DNA of 64,000 nt from an uncultured delta proteobacterium. GTDB taxonomy: Bacteria; Desulfobacterota; Binatia; UBA9968. The notes under the pieces were generated by a model. The model was not told the DNA's origin and did no database searches. It saw nothing but the letters and a program-made list of their open reading frames with translations. The translations under genes and the position numbers were made by a program. The stretch covers positions 128,001-192,000 of the forward strand of contig CAVUZH010000018.1 of assembly GCA_963745835.1 (NCBI GenBank), in the 5' to 3' direction. Position 1 is the stretch's first letter; each line of letters opens with the position of its first letter. Of the stretch, positions 23,186 through 33,160 are shown piece by piece.

Positions 23186-24382
23186 ATGCTGCGTTATTTC
23201 ACCGCGGGAGAGTCTCACGGACCCTGTTTGACGATGATTATTGACGGGGTCCCCGCCGGATTTCCTGTTGATCCAGGGAAGATCAATCATGATCTATGGC
23301 GCCGACAGCAAGGTTATGGCCGCGGTGGCAGAATGTTGATCGAAAGGGACGAGGTTCAAATTCGCTCTGGTGTTCGTTGGGGCGAAACACTTGGATCACC
23401 TGTATCATTTGGCATCGAAAACCGAGACTGGAAAAACTGGACCAAAAAAATGTCAGCTGCTCCTGAGGACCGTGACGAAAAAATTGCAGTCACCAAGCCG
23501 CGTCCCGGACATGCTGATCTCAATGGAGTCCTCAAGTATGACCGCTCGGACATTCGAGATATTCTAGAACGGGCTAGTGCGCGCGACACAGTTTCGCGGA
23601 CCGCGGTAGGATCTTTCTCGAAACAAATACTTTCGCCTTTTGGTATTCGGGTGATGGGCTATATCCGGTCTATCGGAAACATCACGTCGAACTTCGACGG
23701 ACTTTCGTACGAGGAAGCCTATGCGCGTGCGGAAGAATCTCCTGTGCGGACCGCCGACAGCGCGGCTGAAGAAAAGATGATCGGCTTGATCGAGGAGTGC
23801 AAGAAAGAGGGAAACACACTCGGGGGTATTTTTGAAATAATAGCATTGGGATTGCCGCCGGGCTTAGGCACGCACACGCAGTGGGATCGGAAACTCGATG
23901 GGCGATTAGCTCAGTCGTTAATGAGCATCCAGGCAATCAAAGGTGTTGAGATCGGCCTCGGCTTCGAAATGGCCCGTCGCCGCGGCTCTCAGGTTCATGA
24001 CGAGATCTTCTTCGATCCCGCCAAAATGGTTAGCGAAGGCACACCGAGAATTGTGCCAACCGGCTTCTACCGGGGCAGCAATAATTCAGGCGGAACTGAA
24101 GGTGGTATGTCGAACGGCGCTCCTTTAGTGGTTCGGGTTGCGATGAAACCGATCTCTACTTTGATGAGTCCGCTGCAGTCCGTCGATCTACGGTCCAAGC
24201 AACAGACGGATGCCTCCGTGGAGCGCTCTGATGTCTGCGCCGCCCCGGCTGCCGCGGTTGTCGGTGAATCTGTTGTAGCTTTTGAGTTGGCCAATGCTTT
24301 TTTGGAGAAGTTCGGTGGAGACTCGCTCCGAGAAATCCGCCGTAATTATGAAAGCTATCTGGAGCAAATCAAAAACTTCTAA
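23186..24382 (+). CDS. aroC: Chorismate synthase
   Basis: MLRYFTAGESHG, RRQQGYGRGGR, PRPGHAD, ERASAR, MKPIST. Confidence 0.98.
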   Translation: MLRYFTAGESHGPCLTMIIDGVPAGFPVDPGKINHDLWRRQQGYGRGGRMLIERDEVQIRSGVRWGETLGSPVSFGIENRDWKNWTKKMSAAPEDRDEKIAVTKPRPGHADLNGVLKYDRSDIRDILERASARDTVSRTAVGSFSKQILSPFGIRVMGYIRSIGNITSNFDGLSYEEAYARAEESPVRTADSAAEEKMIGLIEECKKEGNTLGGIFEIIALGLPPGLGTHTQWDRKLDGRLAQSLMSIQAIKGVEIGLGFEMARRRGSQVHDEIFFDPAKMVSEGTPRIVPTGFYRGSNNSGGTEGGMSNGAPLVVRVAMKPISTLMSPLQSVDLRSKQQTDASVERSDVCAAPAAAVVGESVVAFELANAFLEKFGGDSLREIRRNYESYLEQIKNF

Positions 24383-24387
24383 ATCAC

Positions 24388-24912
24388 TTGCCATTAAACG
24401 CTAATCAGAACATTGCTCTCATCGGTTTTATGGCCGTGGGTAAAAGTGCCGTGGGACGAAAACTTGCGCGGCGATTGAAACGACGATTCGTCGATCTCGA
24501 TAAGGCGATTGAGAAGTGCGCGGGCTCGAAAGTTCGAGAGATCTTCGAAAGGAGAGGTGAGTCTTACTTCCGTCAGTTAGAAATGCAAGCGCTTGCACAG
24601 GTGCTTCGGGACGATGGGCAGGTCATAGCTACCGGCGGTGGGGTTGTGTTGCATGAAAACAATTTGAGGCTTCTGCAAGAGAGGAGCTTAATTGTTTGTT
24701 TGACGGCCGACGTTAATGCGATTGTGCAGCGAGCCGGTAGCGCTAACCGGCGGCCTTTGTTAATGACAGTCGATAAGGCGCAACGGATAAATGAGCTTTT
24801 GAGGCAGCGCAAACAATACTACGCTAAGGCTCACATCGAAATCGATACCAGCGAATTGACCGTCGATGAAGTGGTTAGCAAAATCCTTGCGCTCGCCGGA
24901 TCGGCTCAATAG
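24388..24912 (+). CDS. aroK: Shikimate kinase
   Basis: LIGFMAVGKS P-loop, VIATGGG, RPLL. Confidence 0.95.
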   Translation: MPLNANQNIALIGFMAVGKSAVGRKLARRLKRRFVDLDKAIEKCAGSKVREIFERRGESYFRQLEMQALAQVLRDDGQVIATGGGVVLHENNLRLLQERSLIVCLTADVNAIVQRAGSANRRPLLMTVDKAQRINELLRQRKQYYAKAHIEIDTSELTVDEVVSKILALAGSAQ

Positions 24913-24919
24913 TTGATCT

Positions 24920-25996
24920 ATGCAGACCGTCAAAGTCGATTTAGGACAACGATCCTATAACATCTTCGTCGGGGAAGGAATTCTTTCAGCTGCCGGCGAC
25001 CTCCTCACAGGAGCTGGGATCAAAGGGAAACTTGCAGTCGTCACCAATTCTACAGTAGCCCAACTCTATCTCGACCCTGTGCACGATGCTCTGCAGAGTT
25101 CTGGATTCGAGGTTATCCCTATATTGATTCCAGATGGTGAAGAATACAAAACGCTATCGACTCTTTCGACGATTTTCGACCGTCTCATTAGCGAAAGATT
25201 TGAACGCCAATCGTGTCTAGTGGCTTTGGGTGGTGGTGTTGTCGGAGATATCGCCGGCTTTGCCGCAGCTACATATTTGCGCGGCATGCCGTTCGTGCAG
25301 ATACCGACCACTTTGCTAGCTCAAGTAGATTCAAGTGTCGGAGGAAAGACCGGCGTTAATCATTCTCGAGGCAAGAATTTGATCGGCGCGTTTTATCAAC
25401 CCCGCGCAGTAATCATCGATGTGGCTCTGTTGTCATCACTGCCCCGGCGCGAGCTGGTAGCCGGCCTGGCAGAGGTCATAAAATACGGCATTATTGAAGA
25501 TCCGGTTCTATTTGGCGGCTTAGAGGAGAAACTGGATAGAATTTTGGTTTTGGATCGTCGGTTACTCACTGAAGTGATCGCCACCTCGTGTGCGATAAAG
25601 GCGCGGGTGATAGAAAAAGATGAACGAGAAGATGATCATCGCGCCGTTCTCAACTTCGGGCACACCGTAGGACATGCGTTGGAGGCCGCGACCCATTTTC
25701 GCAAATATCTTCACGGTGAAGCAGTCGCTATCGGTATGGCGAAAGCTGCTGCGATCTCTTATCAGCAGGGTTTTTGCGACGCGAAAACCCTGGGCCGCAT
25801 TATCAAATTGATCAAAATGGCAGGATTATCAACCGAAATACCGCAGGAAGTTTCGACACAGTCTTTGATTGAAGGCATGGAAGTGGATAAAAAATCAGCG
25901 GACGGGAAGGTCAAGTTCGTCGTCTGCACCGCCATCGGTAAGACTTGCTTCCACCTGTTAACCGCAAAGCAAATCGCTGCCGCTCTCGGCACATAG
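24920..25996 (+). CDS. aroB: 3-dehydroquinate synthase
   Basis: ALGGGVVGD, PTTLLAQVDSSVGGKTG, LNFGHTVGHALE, HGEAV. Confidence 0.98.
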   Translation: MQTVKVDLGQRSYNIFVGEGILSAAGDLLTGAGIKGKLAVVTNSTVAQLYLDPVHDALQSSGFEVIPILIPDGEEYKTLSTLSTIFDRLISERFERQSCLVALGGGVVGDIAGFAAATYLRGMPFVQIPTTLLAQVDSSVGGKTGVNHSRGKNLIGAFYQPRAVIIDVALLSSLPRRELVAGLAEVIKYGIIEDPVLFGGLEEKLDRILVLDRRLLTEVIATSCAIKARVIEKDEREDDHRAVLNFGHTVGHALEAATHFRKYLHGEAVAIGMAKAAAISYQQGFCDAKTLGRIIKLIKMAGLSTEIPQEVSTQSLIEGMEVDKKSADGKVKFVVCTAIGKTCFHLLTAKQIAAALGT

Positions 25997-26041
25997 GATA
26001 TCGAAAAACTTGGACTAGTCGCTACCACAATTTACTGGCGC

Positions 26042-26485
26042 ATGATGGCAAAAAAGAAACGAATCTTGATCCTCAACGGTCCTAACTTGAATCTGCTTGG
26101 CAAACGCCAGCCGGAAATTTATGGCAGGCTTACTCTGGAAGAAATAGGCCGAGAGATTCGCTCGCTGGCCAAGCAACTGAGCGTCACCGTGGAGATTCGC
26201 CAGTCCAATAATGAAGGTGAACTGGTCGATTGGATCCAGCAAGCTTCAGCTCAGTTCGGCGCTATTGTGATCAATCCGGCGGCTTATACTCATTCGAGTG
26301 TGGCCATGCGCGATGCCATCCTAGCTGCCGGCATCCCCGCCATCGAAATTCATATCTCCAATATTTACAAAAGAGAAGCTTTTCGAAAACATTCTTACAT
26401 CGCCGGTGTCGCCGTGGGACAGATTACCGGTTTCGGCGTGCAGAGTTATTTATTGGGCTTAAGAGCGGCAGTGGAATGCTTATAA
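26042..26485 (+). CDS. aroQ: Type II 3-dehydroquinate dehydratase
   Basis: LNGPNLNLLGKRQPEIYG, NPAAYTHSS, EIHISN. Confidence 0.97.
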   Translation: MMAKKKRILILNGPNLNLLGKRQPEIYGRLTLEEIGREIRSLAKQLSVTVEIRQSNNEGELVDWIQQASAQFGAIVINPAAYTHSSVAMRDAILAAGIPAIEIHISNIYKREAFRKHSYIAGVAVGQITGFGVQSYLLGLRAAVECL

Positions 26486-26792
26486 GATCGAGCTAGTGCC
26501 CAGTATCAGTGTTGTTGCGTTAAGGTCCTAGTTCAAGTTGTCTCCTCAAGTTAGCTGCCCAATCTGTTCATCACGTAATCCATTTTATGCGGTTGTTGGC
26601 TGCGAAAAACTCCGGACTGGAACTGCAAGAAATCGCCCCGCAAATGTATTCGCCTTCTACATCGATCGCCAGGTCTTAGTTTCTTCGTGACTGCACCGAG
26701 CTTCAGTGCCATTCCTGTGGAGCGAAGCGGCGACTCAATAGGGCACGCGAACTGTTTCCTCCAGATCGCGACGTTTACAGCCTCGTAGGTTC

Positions 26793-28085
26793 ATGTTAGC
26801 GTTCAGTGACTGGGGTATCGCCATGAACCCAATTTTTCTCCGGTACACATTCCTCGCGAGTTTGCTGGTTTGCCGCCTAAGCCAGCCATTTCCACTGTTC
26901 AGCGCTGAAGCCAAAGTGCAGATTCACTCACCAAAAGACGGCGCTACGATCAACCAAGAACAGAACCTGGTCTTTGTTAGCGGCAAGGTGGCTACAACCG
27001 CCGCCCGTTCAGCCAATGTTGACATCATGCTTCTTCTGGATGCCTCCGGGAGCACCGCTCAATATGCCGGGATCGATTTGACAGGAATGGATCAACTACC
27101 GGACACTGGTTCAGGATTTAATACTCCGCAGATTTTCATTGGCGGCATGAGCGTAGGCGGCCCCGCTATGAGGAACCTCAGAAATTCTGTACTTGCCGCC
27201 GAGGTGATTGCAGCCCGCAGGCTCCTAATGCAACTGAACTCCGAAACGACACGGGTCGGCGTGGTGAGTTTCGGCGAGCGCGCAAAATTGGTTCAGCCGC
27301 TCACCCATGATTTCGACCGAGTTCGCCTTGCTCTCGATGAAGTGTATAAGGCGGGCCCCTATGGTGGGACCAATATGGTCGAAGGAATCCGTACCGGCAT
27401 CACCGAGCTGATGGGAATGGGAAGCAGTGAAAAGAAAACTGATGCGGTAAAAGTAGAGTTTCTTTTGACGGATGGCTTTCCGACGATGCCCATCGGCGGA
27501 GGCAAAAGCGCCACCCCGCAAGACACTGACCTAGCCATCAATGCTGCGCGACTTGCCGGAAGGGCTGGAATCAAGGTTCACGTTTTTGCGTTAGGCGAAG
27601 AGGCGCTCTCTTATCCAAGAGCCGCCGTTGGCATCGCTAAACAAAGTGGCGGCATCTATACACCCGTTTCACGGCCGGTCGATATCCTGTCGGTGGTCGA
27701 GAACATGTCCGCTGTTGGCGTGGATTACGTTCAGATCGTCAATCAGACCAGCGGCCAAAAAGCCAGCCAGCTGAGAGTGGCGGCCGACGGGTTTTTTTCC
27801 GCCGCGGTGCCAGCGATCGAAGGGCGGAATCAGATCGACGTTTTTGCGCGAGCAAGCGATGGTTCCAACGGCAAGGACTCGATCACTATCAATTATCAGT
27901 CTGGAAATCAGAAGTCTTTAGAATTGGAAGTCTTCCTGGAAAGAGAAAAGAAACTCAAGTTAGAGGTTGAACGATTAGGCAAGAGCCAAGCAGAGATTCA
28001 AGAAGATATAGAACGCGCAAGGCAACAGGGACTTGGACGCTCGCAAGGGCCGCTGCCACCTGAACGGGAAACGCAGGTGCAATGA
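26793..28085 (+). CDS. Exported von Willebrand factor A domain protein with Ig-like flanks and C-terminal coiled coil
   Basis: Signal peptide; complete MIDAS motif DASGS, GGTN, LLTDG. Confidence 0.85.
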   Translation: MLAFSDWGIAMNPIFLRYTFLASLLVCRLSQPFPLFSAEAKVQIHSPKDGATINQEQNLVFVSGKVATTAARSANVDIMLLLDASGSTAQYAGIDLTGMDQLPDTGSGFNTPQIFIGGMSVGGPAMRNLRNSVLAAEVIAARRLLMQLNSETTRVGVVSFGERAKLVQPLTHDFDRVRLALDEVYKAGPYGGTNMVEGIRTGITELMGMGSSEKKTDAVKVEFLLTDGFPTMPIGGGKSATPQDTDLAINAARLAGRAGIKVHVFALGEEALSYPRAAVGIAKQSGGIYTPVSRPVDILSVVENMSAVGVDYVQIVNQTSGQKASQLRVAADGFFSAAVPAIEGRNQIDVFARASDGSNGKDSITINYQSGNQKSLELEVFLEREKKLKLEVERLGKSQAEIQEDIERARQQGLGRSQGPLPPERETQVQ

Positions 28086-28099
28086 ATACTAAGGCGTAA

Positions 28100-28523
28100 C
28101 TAGCGGGATTTTTCGGTTTCGGCGGCAATGGCAATCTCGGATGCGCCGGCACGTTTGATGATCGACATTATCTTAACTGTGTCGCCCAAGAGCACATCCT
28201 TATCACCGCGTAAAATGACAATCTTATCGGCACTCCCAGCCAGCGCTTCCTTGAGAGCCGGTTCCAATTTATCCTCACTGATCTGTTTCTGATTGACGAA
28301 GATCTCACGTTTCGGAGTAAGGGTGACAGTCGTCCCGCGTGCTCTCGGACTGAGTGGCAACAGCTTTGGGCAGGTTCACTTTACCGCCTGATTCGACCAT
28401 TGCCGAGCTGGTGATCATGAAAATGATCAGTAAGACGAGGAAGATGTCGGTCAGAGGCGTGATGTTGATTTCAGCGACGATGTCCGAGTTGTCTTCGTTG
28501 CTGCCGAGTGGAGTCAGTGCCAT
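28100..28523 (-). CDS. ExbD/TolR family protein, frameshifted near 28345
   Basis: AEINITPLTDIFLVLLIIFMI, VNLPKA, then VILRGDKDV in the second frame. Confidence 0.9.
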
Positions 28524-28533
28524 GGCCGATGCC

Positions 28534-29160
28534 TTAAGCGTTAAAATGACGGAGAACTCTTGCGACTTGGATGCGGAACAGGGCCGTCAAACTGCCAATC
28601 CGGGTCTGGAAGTAGTTGTAAAAAACCAAGGCGATAATCGCTACCCCTAATCCCAAAGCGGTGGCGACCAGCGCTTCCGAAATACCTGCCGCGACTACAG
28701 CGAAACCGCCAGTTCCACTGACCGCCATGCTTTCGAAAGCTTTGATGATTCCCACTACCGTTCCAAATAGGCCTATGAACGGCGCGCTGCTTGCCACGGT
28801 TCCCAGAATCCAAAGATGCTTTCTCAAATGCTGGGTTTCTTCAAACATAGCTTCGACCGCAACATTGCTTCCCGTTTCGGGTAGGTGAGTTTCGGCTCTC
28901 TCCAGAACAGTATGGAAAATTCTTCCCGCCGGACAGTGCGAATTCTGCTTGCAAATAGCCAGTGCCAGATCGCGTTGACCTTTTTGAACTGGATCAACCA
29001 GGGATTCAGCAATCCTCAACGTCGTGGATCTGATATTTCTCAATGACCATAAGCGTTCAAACACCACCGTCACGCTTACAATGGAAAGCAGGATCAGCGG
29101 ATAAGTCGCCAGAGCGCCCTTGTGAATGATCTCGATGAGATTCAGCCCTTGTTGTTCCAT
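28534..29160 (-). CDS. MotA/TolQ/ExbB proton channel family protein
   Basis: LGTVASSAPFIGLFGTVVGII and GISEALVATALGL. Confidence 0.93.
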   Translation of the reverse strand: MEQQGLNLIEIIHKGALATYPLILLSIVSVTVVFERLWSLRNIRSTTLRIAESLVDPVQKGQRDLALAICKQNSHCPAGRIFHTVLERAETHLPETGSNVAVEAMFEETQHLRKHLWILGTVASSAPFIGLFGTVVGIIKAFESMAVSGTGGFAVVAAGISEALVATALGLGVAIIALVFYNYFQTRIGSLTALFRIQVARVLRHFNA

Positions 29161-29248
29161 TATGGATTCCTTCGGAAATCTCCGGTGAGATTACCTTAGT
29201 TCATAATTAATTCAACGAGGGTTTTCGGGAAAGACGAAACTGCAGTCT

Positions 29249-30269
29249 TCATCCGCGGACGCGGATAGCGACCTCAAACCTAATGATCATAGGTTCGTTG
29301 GCGAGATCTTTCAAACTTTCCGGAATAGGTGGAAAAGGCGACGCTCGCCTAATCGCTTCGACGGCGCTGGTGTTGAGTCTAGAATCAGAAGAATCCAGGA
29401 CTTCCGCCAGGGTCAGCTTGCCCGCGCGATCAAGAATGAAGCGCACGGCGACCTTTTGGACTCCGGTGACGTCGTCAGGATACTTCCATACCGATTCCAC
29501 TCTTCTCTTAAGTTGCTGCAGATATTGATTGTAATCAGGAGTTGCGATTCCCTTTAGGCCTGTATTACTGCCGCCGCCTGTCCCAGAGCCACTGCCGCCG
29601 CCGGATAGACCACTGCCGCTGCTCTTTCCACCCGGAACGCCGTACGGTCCCACTCCAGTTCCAACGCCTTTCAGCGAGCCGGGGATCTGTTCGCCTTCCC
29701 TTAGCGCTTTGATGCCTGGCCCGGCATCCGTGCTCTTGAGCGCAGCTAAGCTTTTCTGGCTCGTTTCGGGATCAACCGCCACTCCGCCTGGCAGATTGGT
29801 CGCCGCTTCTTTCGTCGGCAGCCGCACCAGCGAATCCGGTGAAGTCTCTTTTGTATCTGACCGCTTCACGACTCGAATCGCTAGACAGAACTTTAGGCCC
29901 CGGAAGCGCCATCGGTTTCGGCGCGGTTGTCGCTTCGACAGTATCGTTCGGCTTCAAGGCGTCGAGAGAACCGCTGTCCAATTTGCCCGTGCGCTGAGCT
30001 GGGCTGATCGGATTGCCGAGCTTTGGAAGATTGCGCGGCCCGCCAGGGCCTTTGCTCGAACCGATGCTCTTGTTGGAGGAACCGCCCTCGTTTACCTCCA
30101 CAAGCTGCACCGAAATCGGCGGGTCCAATGCCGGCTTTGCCACTGATAAGGTCGCAGCACGAAGCGCCAGAGCTAGGAGCATCGCGTGGAGGAGCAGGGA
30201 GGGTAATAAGAAGGCGCTCCGGAACAGTGTGAGAGCTGAATCTTCCCAGGCAGAGGCTGAATTGTTCAT
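29249..30269 (-). CDS. TonB/TolA-like energy transducer, frameshifted
   Basis: N-terminal TM with SLLLH (S-x3-H) motif, Gly/Pro-rich linker, TonB_C-like end YLQQLKRRVESVWKYP...AIRRASPFPPIP. Confidence 0.85.
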
Positions 30270-30273
30270 GATA

Positions 30274-31417
30274 TCAGTTGCCAGGGATTTGAATCCCTTT
30301 CACGTCGGCGATCGGCAATGAGATCTGCTCCTGCTTGGCGAGTAACTCCAAACCGACGGCGCTGACATCACGTCGGACGACCCGCCCATTCTCATAGTAC
30401 GTCCACAGATCGGCGATGCCGTCGCCATTCATGTCTTTTTCGTCTTTGATAATGATTTCTTCGGCGCGGTTGGTATCATAATGAATCCAAAAATCGATTT
30501 TACCTTCTCCTCGAGTATCTTTCTCGATCTGAGCAAGCCGGCCGTTTTGATAAGTCGCGCGGTAACTAATCCGGCCCGTGCCTGATTCATCACGTTCTTC
30601 GCGGGCGATTTTATCTTCCGCATAGTAAAATACAGTATCAGGTCTTCCCTGACCTTGGCTGTCGACGTCGCGCCGGACCAGTTTGCCATCCTTAAAATAA
30701 CTCCAGGCATTGACGGTGCCGTCGTATTTCGTGGCCTCTTCTTGACGCACGATCTCGCCCGGGTTTCGCGGGTTGTGATAGATCCAGAGGTCCGGCACCC
30801 CGTCCCCATTGATGTCTTTTACTTCGACATTTTTAAACGGCGCGGGAGGAACTAGATCCAGGGCTCTTATTAACCGAGGCCAGTGCGATATTACCGCTTG
30901 CCGAACGCTCCGCTGGGACTGTTGGCGCCGCACGTCCTTGCTCAACGGGCAGTTCGGCTGAACCCACTTGAGCAGCGCCGCCGGATGCAGGAGTTGCTTG
31001 AGCGACCTGGTTCTCAAAGCCTGCCTGACGTTGAAGTTCTTCCTCAATCGCGGCTTCAAGCTGCCGGTCTTTTTGCTGTTCGGACTGAATTTGCGCATTC
31101 ACTGCGCCGTAATGGGAGTCGGCGGTGATCAGACCCGTAAGCAGCCCCAGGGCTAAGCCGCCGGCGCCACCAAAAGGACCGCCAATATTGAGGCCGACAA
31201 AGGCGCCCTCCATTGCCTTGGTCCAGGCGTGATTCCATCTTTGCGAGCCGGTCACCTGTGGTTGCGTAGGGTACTGAGGGGCGCTGCTTGTGTTGTTTAC
31301 GGCAGCTCCGGAGTAAGGCGATTGAACAGAGCCAGGCGGGTGTTGAACGGCAACAGGTTCACACCCTAGCAGTGTCAGTAACATCACGCACGATATCGAT
31401 CCAAATCGCCCGTTCAT
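30274..31417 (-). CDS. Lipoprotein with glycine zipper, coiled coil and about 6 Asp/Gly-rich 24-aa repeats, frameshifted
   Basis: Lipobox LLGC; GAFVGLNIGGPFGGAGGLALG; second frame carries DINGDGVPDLWIY...DMNGDGIADLWTYYENG repeats. Confidence 0.7.
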
Positions 31418-31439
31418 CTTCTAACCACTCGGTCCTGTT

Positions 31440-32675
31440 CTACTTCGTTCTGCTGTCCGACTGCAACCCGGCAGCTACTGCGGTCGCTCGAGGTTCGTCC
31501 ACTTGTACGCCCGCGGAAGCGGCCATTGATCGCAGCTCATCTTCGGCCGCTCCGAAGGGAAGCGCCATCGAAGGAGGCTGCGCGTCCGCCACCGCCTCTT
31601 GTCCGATCACCTGTCCATTCTTGAACGTGTAGCGCGCGCTGATCGTGCCACGAGAATGCTGGTCCTCGAGCTGCTCGACACGTTCGCCGTTCTCGAATGT
31701 AACCCAAACATCGACACGCCGGTCTCGGTTGGTATCACCTTCCTGCCGCTTGATCTGTCCATCGGCATAGAAGATGCGTAGATCGAAAATACCGTCTGCA
31801 TCGGTGTCTCGTTCTTCGCGCACTATTTGATCATTCTCGAAGACGTAAACCGCGTCCCATTTTCCTGAGCCCTTGGTGTCCCTTAAACGTTTGGTCAATT
31901 TCCCGTGAGCAAACGTTTCTATGATATCCATTCGTTGCCGCCCCATAGTATCTTCCTCCCGGCGTACAACGGTTTCGTTTTGAAAATAAACAATCCGGCT
32001 CACTATGCCATCACCGCGAAGATCCTCTTCCTGCTTCACCAACCGATTGTCTTGATAGTAACCCCAGAGATCTGTTTTGCCGGTGTGCTTGCGGTCCAGC
32101 TCTTTTCTGATCAACTGGCCGTTCTCGTAAAAAGCCAAGCTATCGGCCCTACCGTCGGCGTTCGTGTCCTCTTCGACCCGACTTATCTTACCATCGCGAA
32201 AATAAACAGAGCGATTTACCGCGCCGGAAGAACTGTTCTGTTCTTCAGCCCGTAGCGGCTGACCGTCTTGATAGTAAACCCACAGGGTAGGTTTACCCGT
32301 TCTGTTTGGATCTTGACCTTTGCGCTCGACTTTTCCATCTGGATCGAGAAGATACCAGAGGTCGATTCGTCCGTCGTTTTTACTAGCGACTTCTTGGCGC
32401 CGGGGCTTGCCGTTCTCATAATAAACTAATGCATCCGGCTCGCCGTCGAAATTCACATCCTGTTCGATTCGTTCTATTTGTCCTTGTCCATTGTAATGAC
32501 TCCAACGATCCATTTTGCCGTCACCGTTGGTGTCGCGCGCTTGACGGATCACATGTCCTTGGTCATCGTAGTAAAAGCTGGCTACGGGTTGCTGGGCATG
32601 AAGGAGATCGGCGCTTGAAATTATCAGCACGAAGAGAAGTATGATTGGCGCGACTTTGATTAGCTGCCGCTTCAT
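31440..32675 (-). CDS. Secreted tandem-repeat protein (about 13 repeats of 24 aa)
   Basis: Signal peptide MKRQLIK...LHA, then units such as DTNGDGKMDRWSHY, DVNFDGEPDALVYYENG, DTNADGRADSLAFYENG. Confidence 0.8.
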   Translation of the reverse strand: MKRQLIKVAPIILLFVLIISSADLLHAQQPVASFYYDDQGHVIRQARDTNGDGKMDRWSHYNGQGQIERIEQDVNFDGEPDALVYYENGKPRRQEVASKNDGRIDLWYLLDPDGKVERKGQDPNRTGKPTLWVYYQDGQPLRAEEQNSSSGAVNRSVYFRDGKISRVEEDTNADGRADSLAFYENGQLIRKELDRKHTGKTDLWGYYQDNRLVKQEEDLRGDGIVSRIVYFQNETVVRREEDTMGRQRMDIIETFAHGKLTKRLRDTKGSGKWDAVYVFENDQIVREERDTDADGIFDLRIFYADGQIKRQEGDTNRDRRVDVWVTFENGERVEQLEDQHSRGTISARYTFKNGQVIGQEAVADAQPPSMALPFGAAEDELRSMAASAGVQVDEPRATAVAAGLQSDSRTK

Positions 32676-32695
32676 CGCTCGAGTACTCCGGACTG

Positions 32696-32911
32696 CTATG
32701 GCACAAACCACAATCTCGCACCCTGGTTGAGTGGCGTTGGACTCTCGGATCTCTCAAGGATGCATTCGCCGGCGCCGATTATGGTTTTTTTTAAGCCACG
32801 AATCGCTGTGCCCAGAGATTTTCCGAAATCAGGAAAGTTGGCAGGACCAAAGACCATGAGGGCGATCACCGAAACGATAACCAGCTCCGGCATTCCAATG
32901 GCTTCAAACAT
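32696..32911 (-). CDS. TatA/TatE-family small membrane protein, divergent
   Basis: IGMPELVIVSVIALMVFGP...GKSLGTAIRGLKK matches the TatA pattern, but FGxxKLP reads FGPANFP. Confidence 0.7.
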   Translation of the reverse strand: MFEAIGMPELVIVSVIALMVFGPANFPDFGKSLGTAIRGLKKTIIGAGECILERSESPTPLNQGARLWFVP

Positions 32912-33160
32912 AAGGCACCCCCCGTGACTAGGTGCAAGCTACGTCAGGCCGGGAGGCTTGTCAATCTGTGACCCAGTGACGAAGCTTATATCGAAGCTCG
33001 ATCAGTGTGCGAATTCGCGTCGTTTGATCCGCAGGCGATGGCTGCGTATCTTGCAATTCGGTGATTGTCGAGTAAACCTTATCGAACACTTCCTTCAGAT
33101 CATTTCTTGTGAGCGTTATCACGCAAACTTTAATCACTAGCGGCGTCGACTCCGAAAGCG

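Noticed and set aside
30274-32675. RHS/YD toxin or CRISPR-like repeat array
   Set aside because: The repeats exist at protein level only, with no RHS core signature or toxin tip and no identical DNA repeats with spacers.
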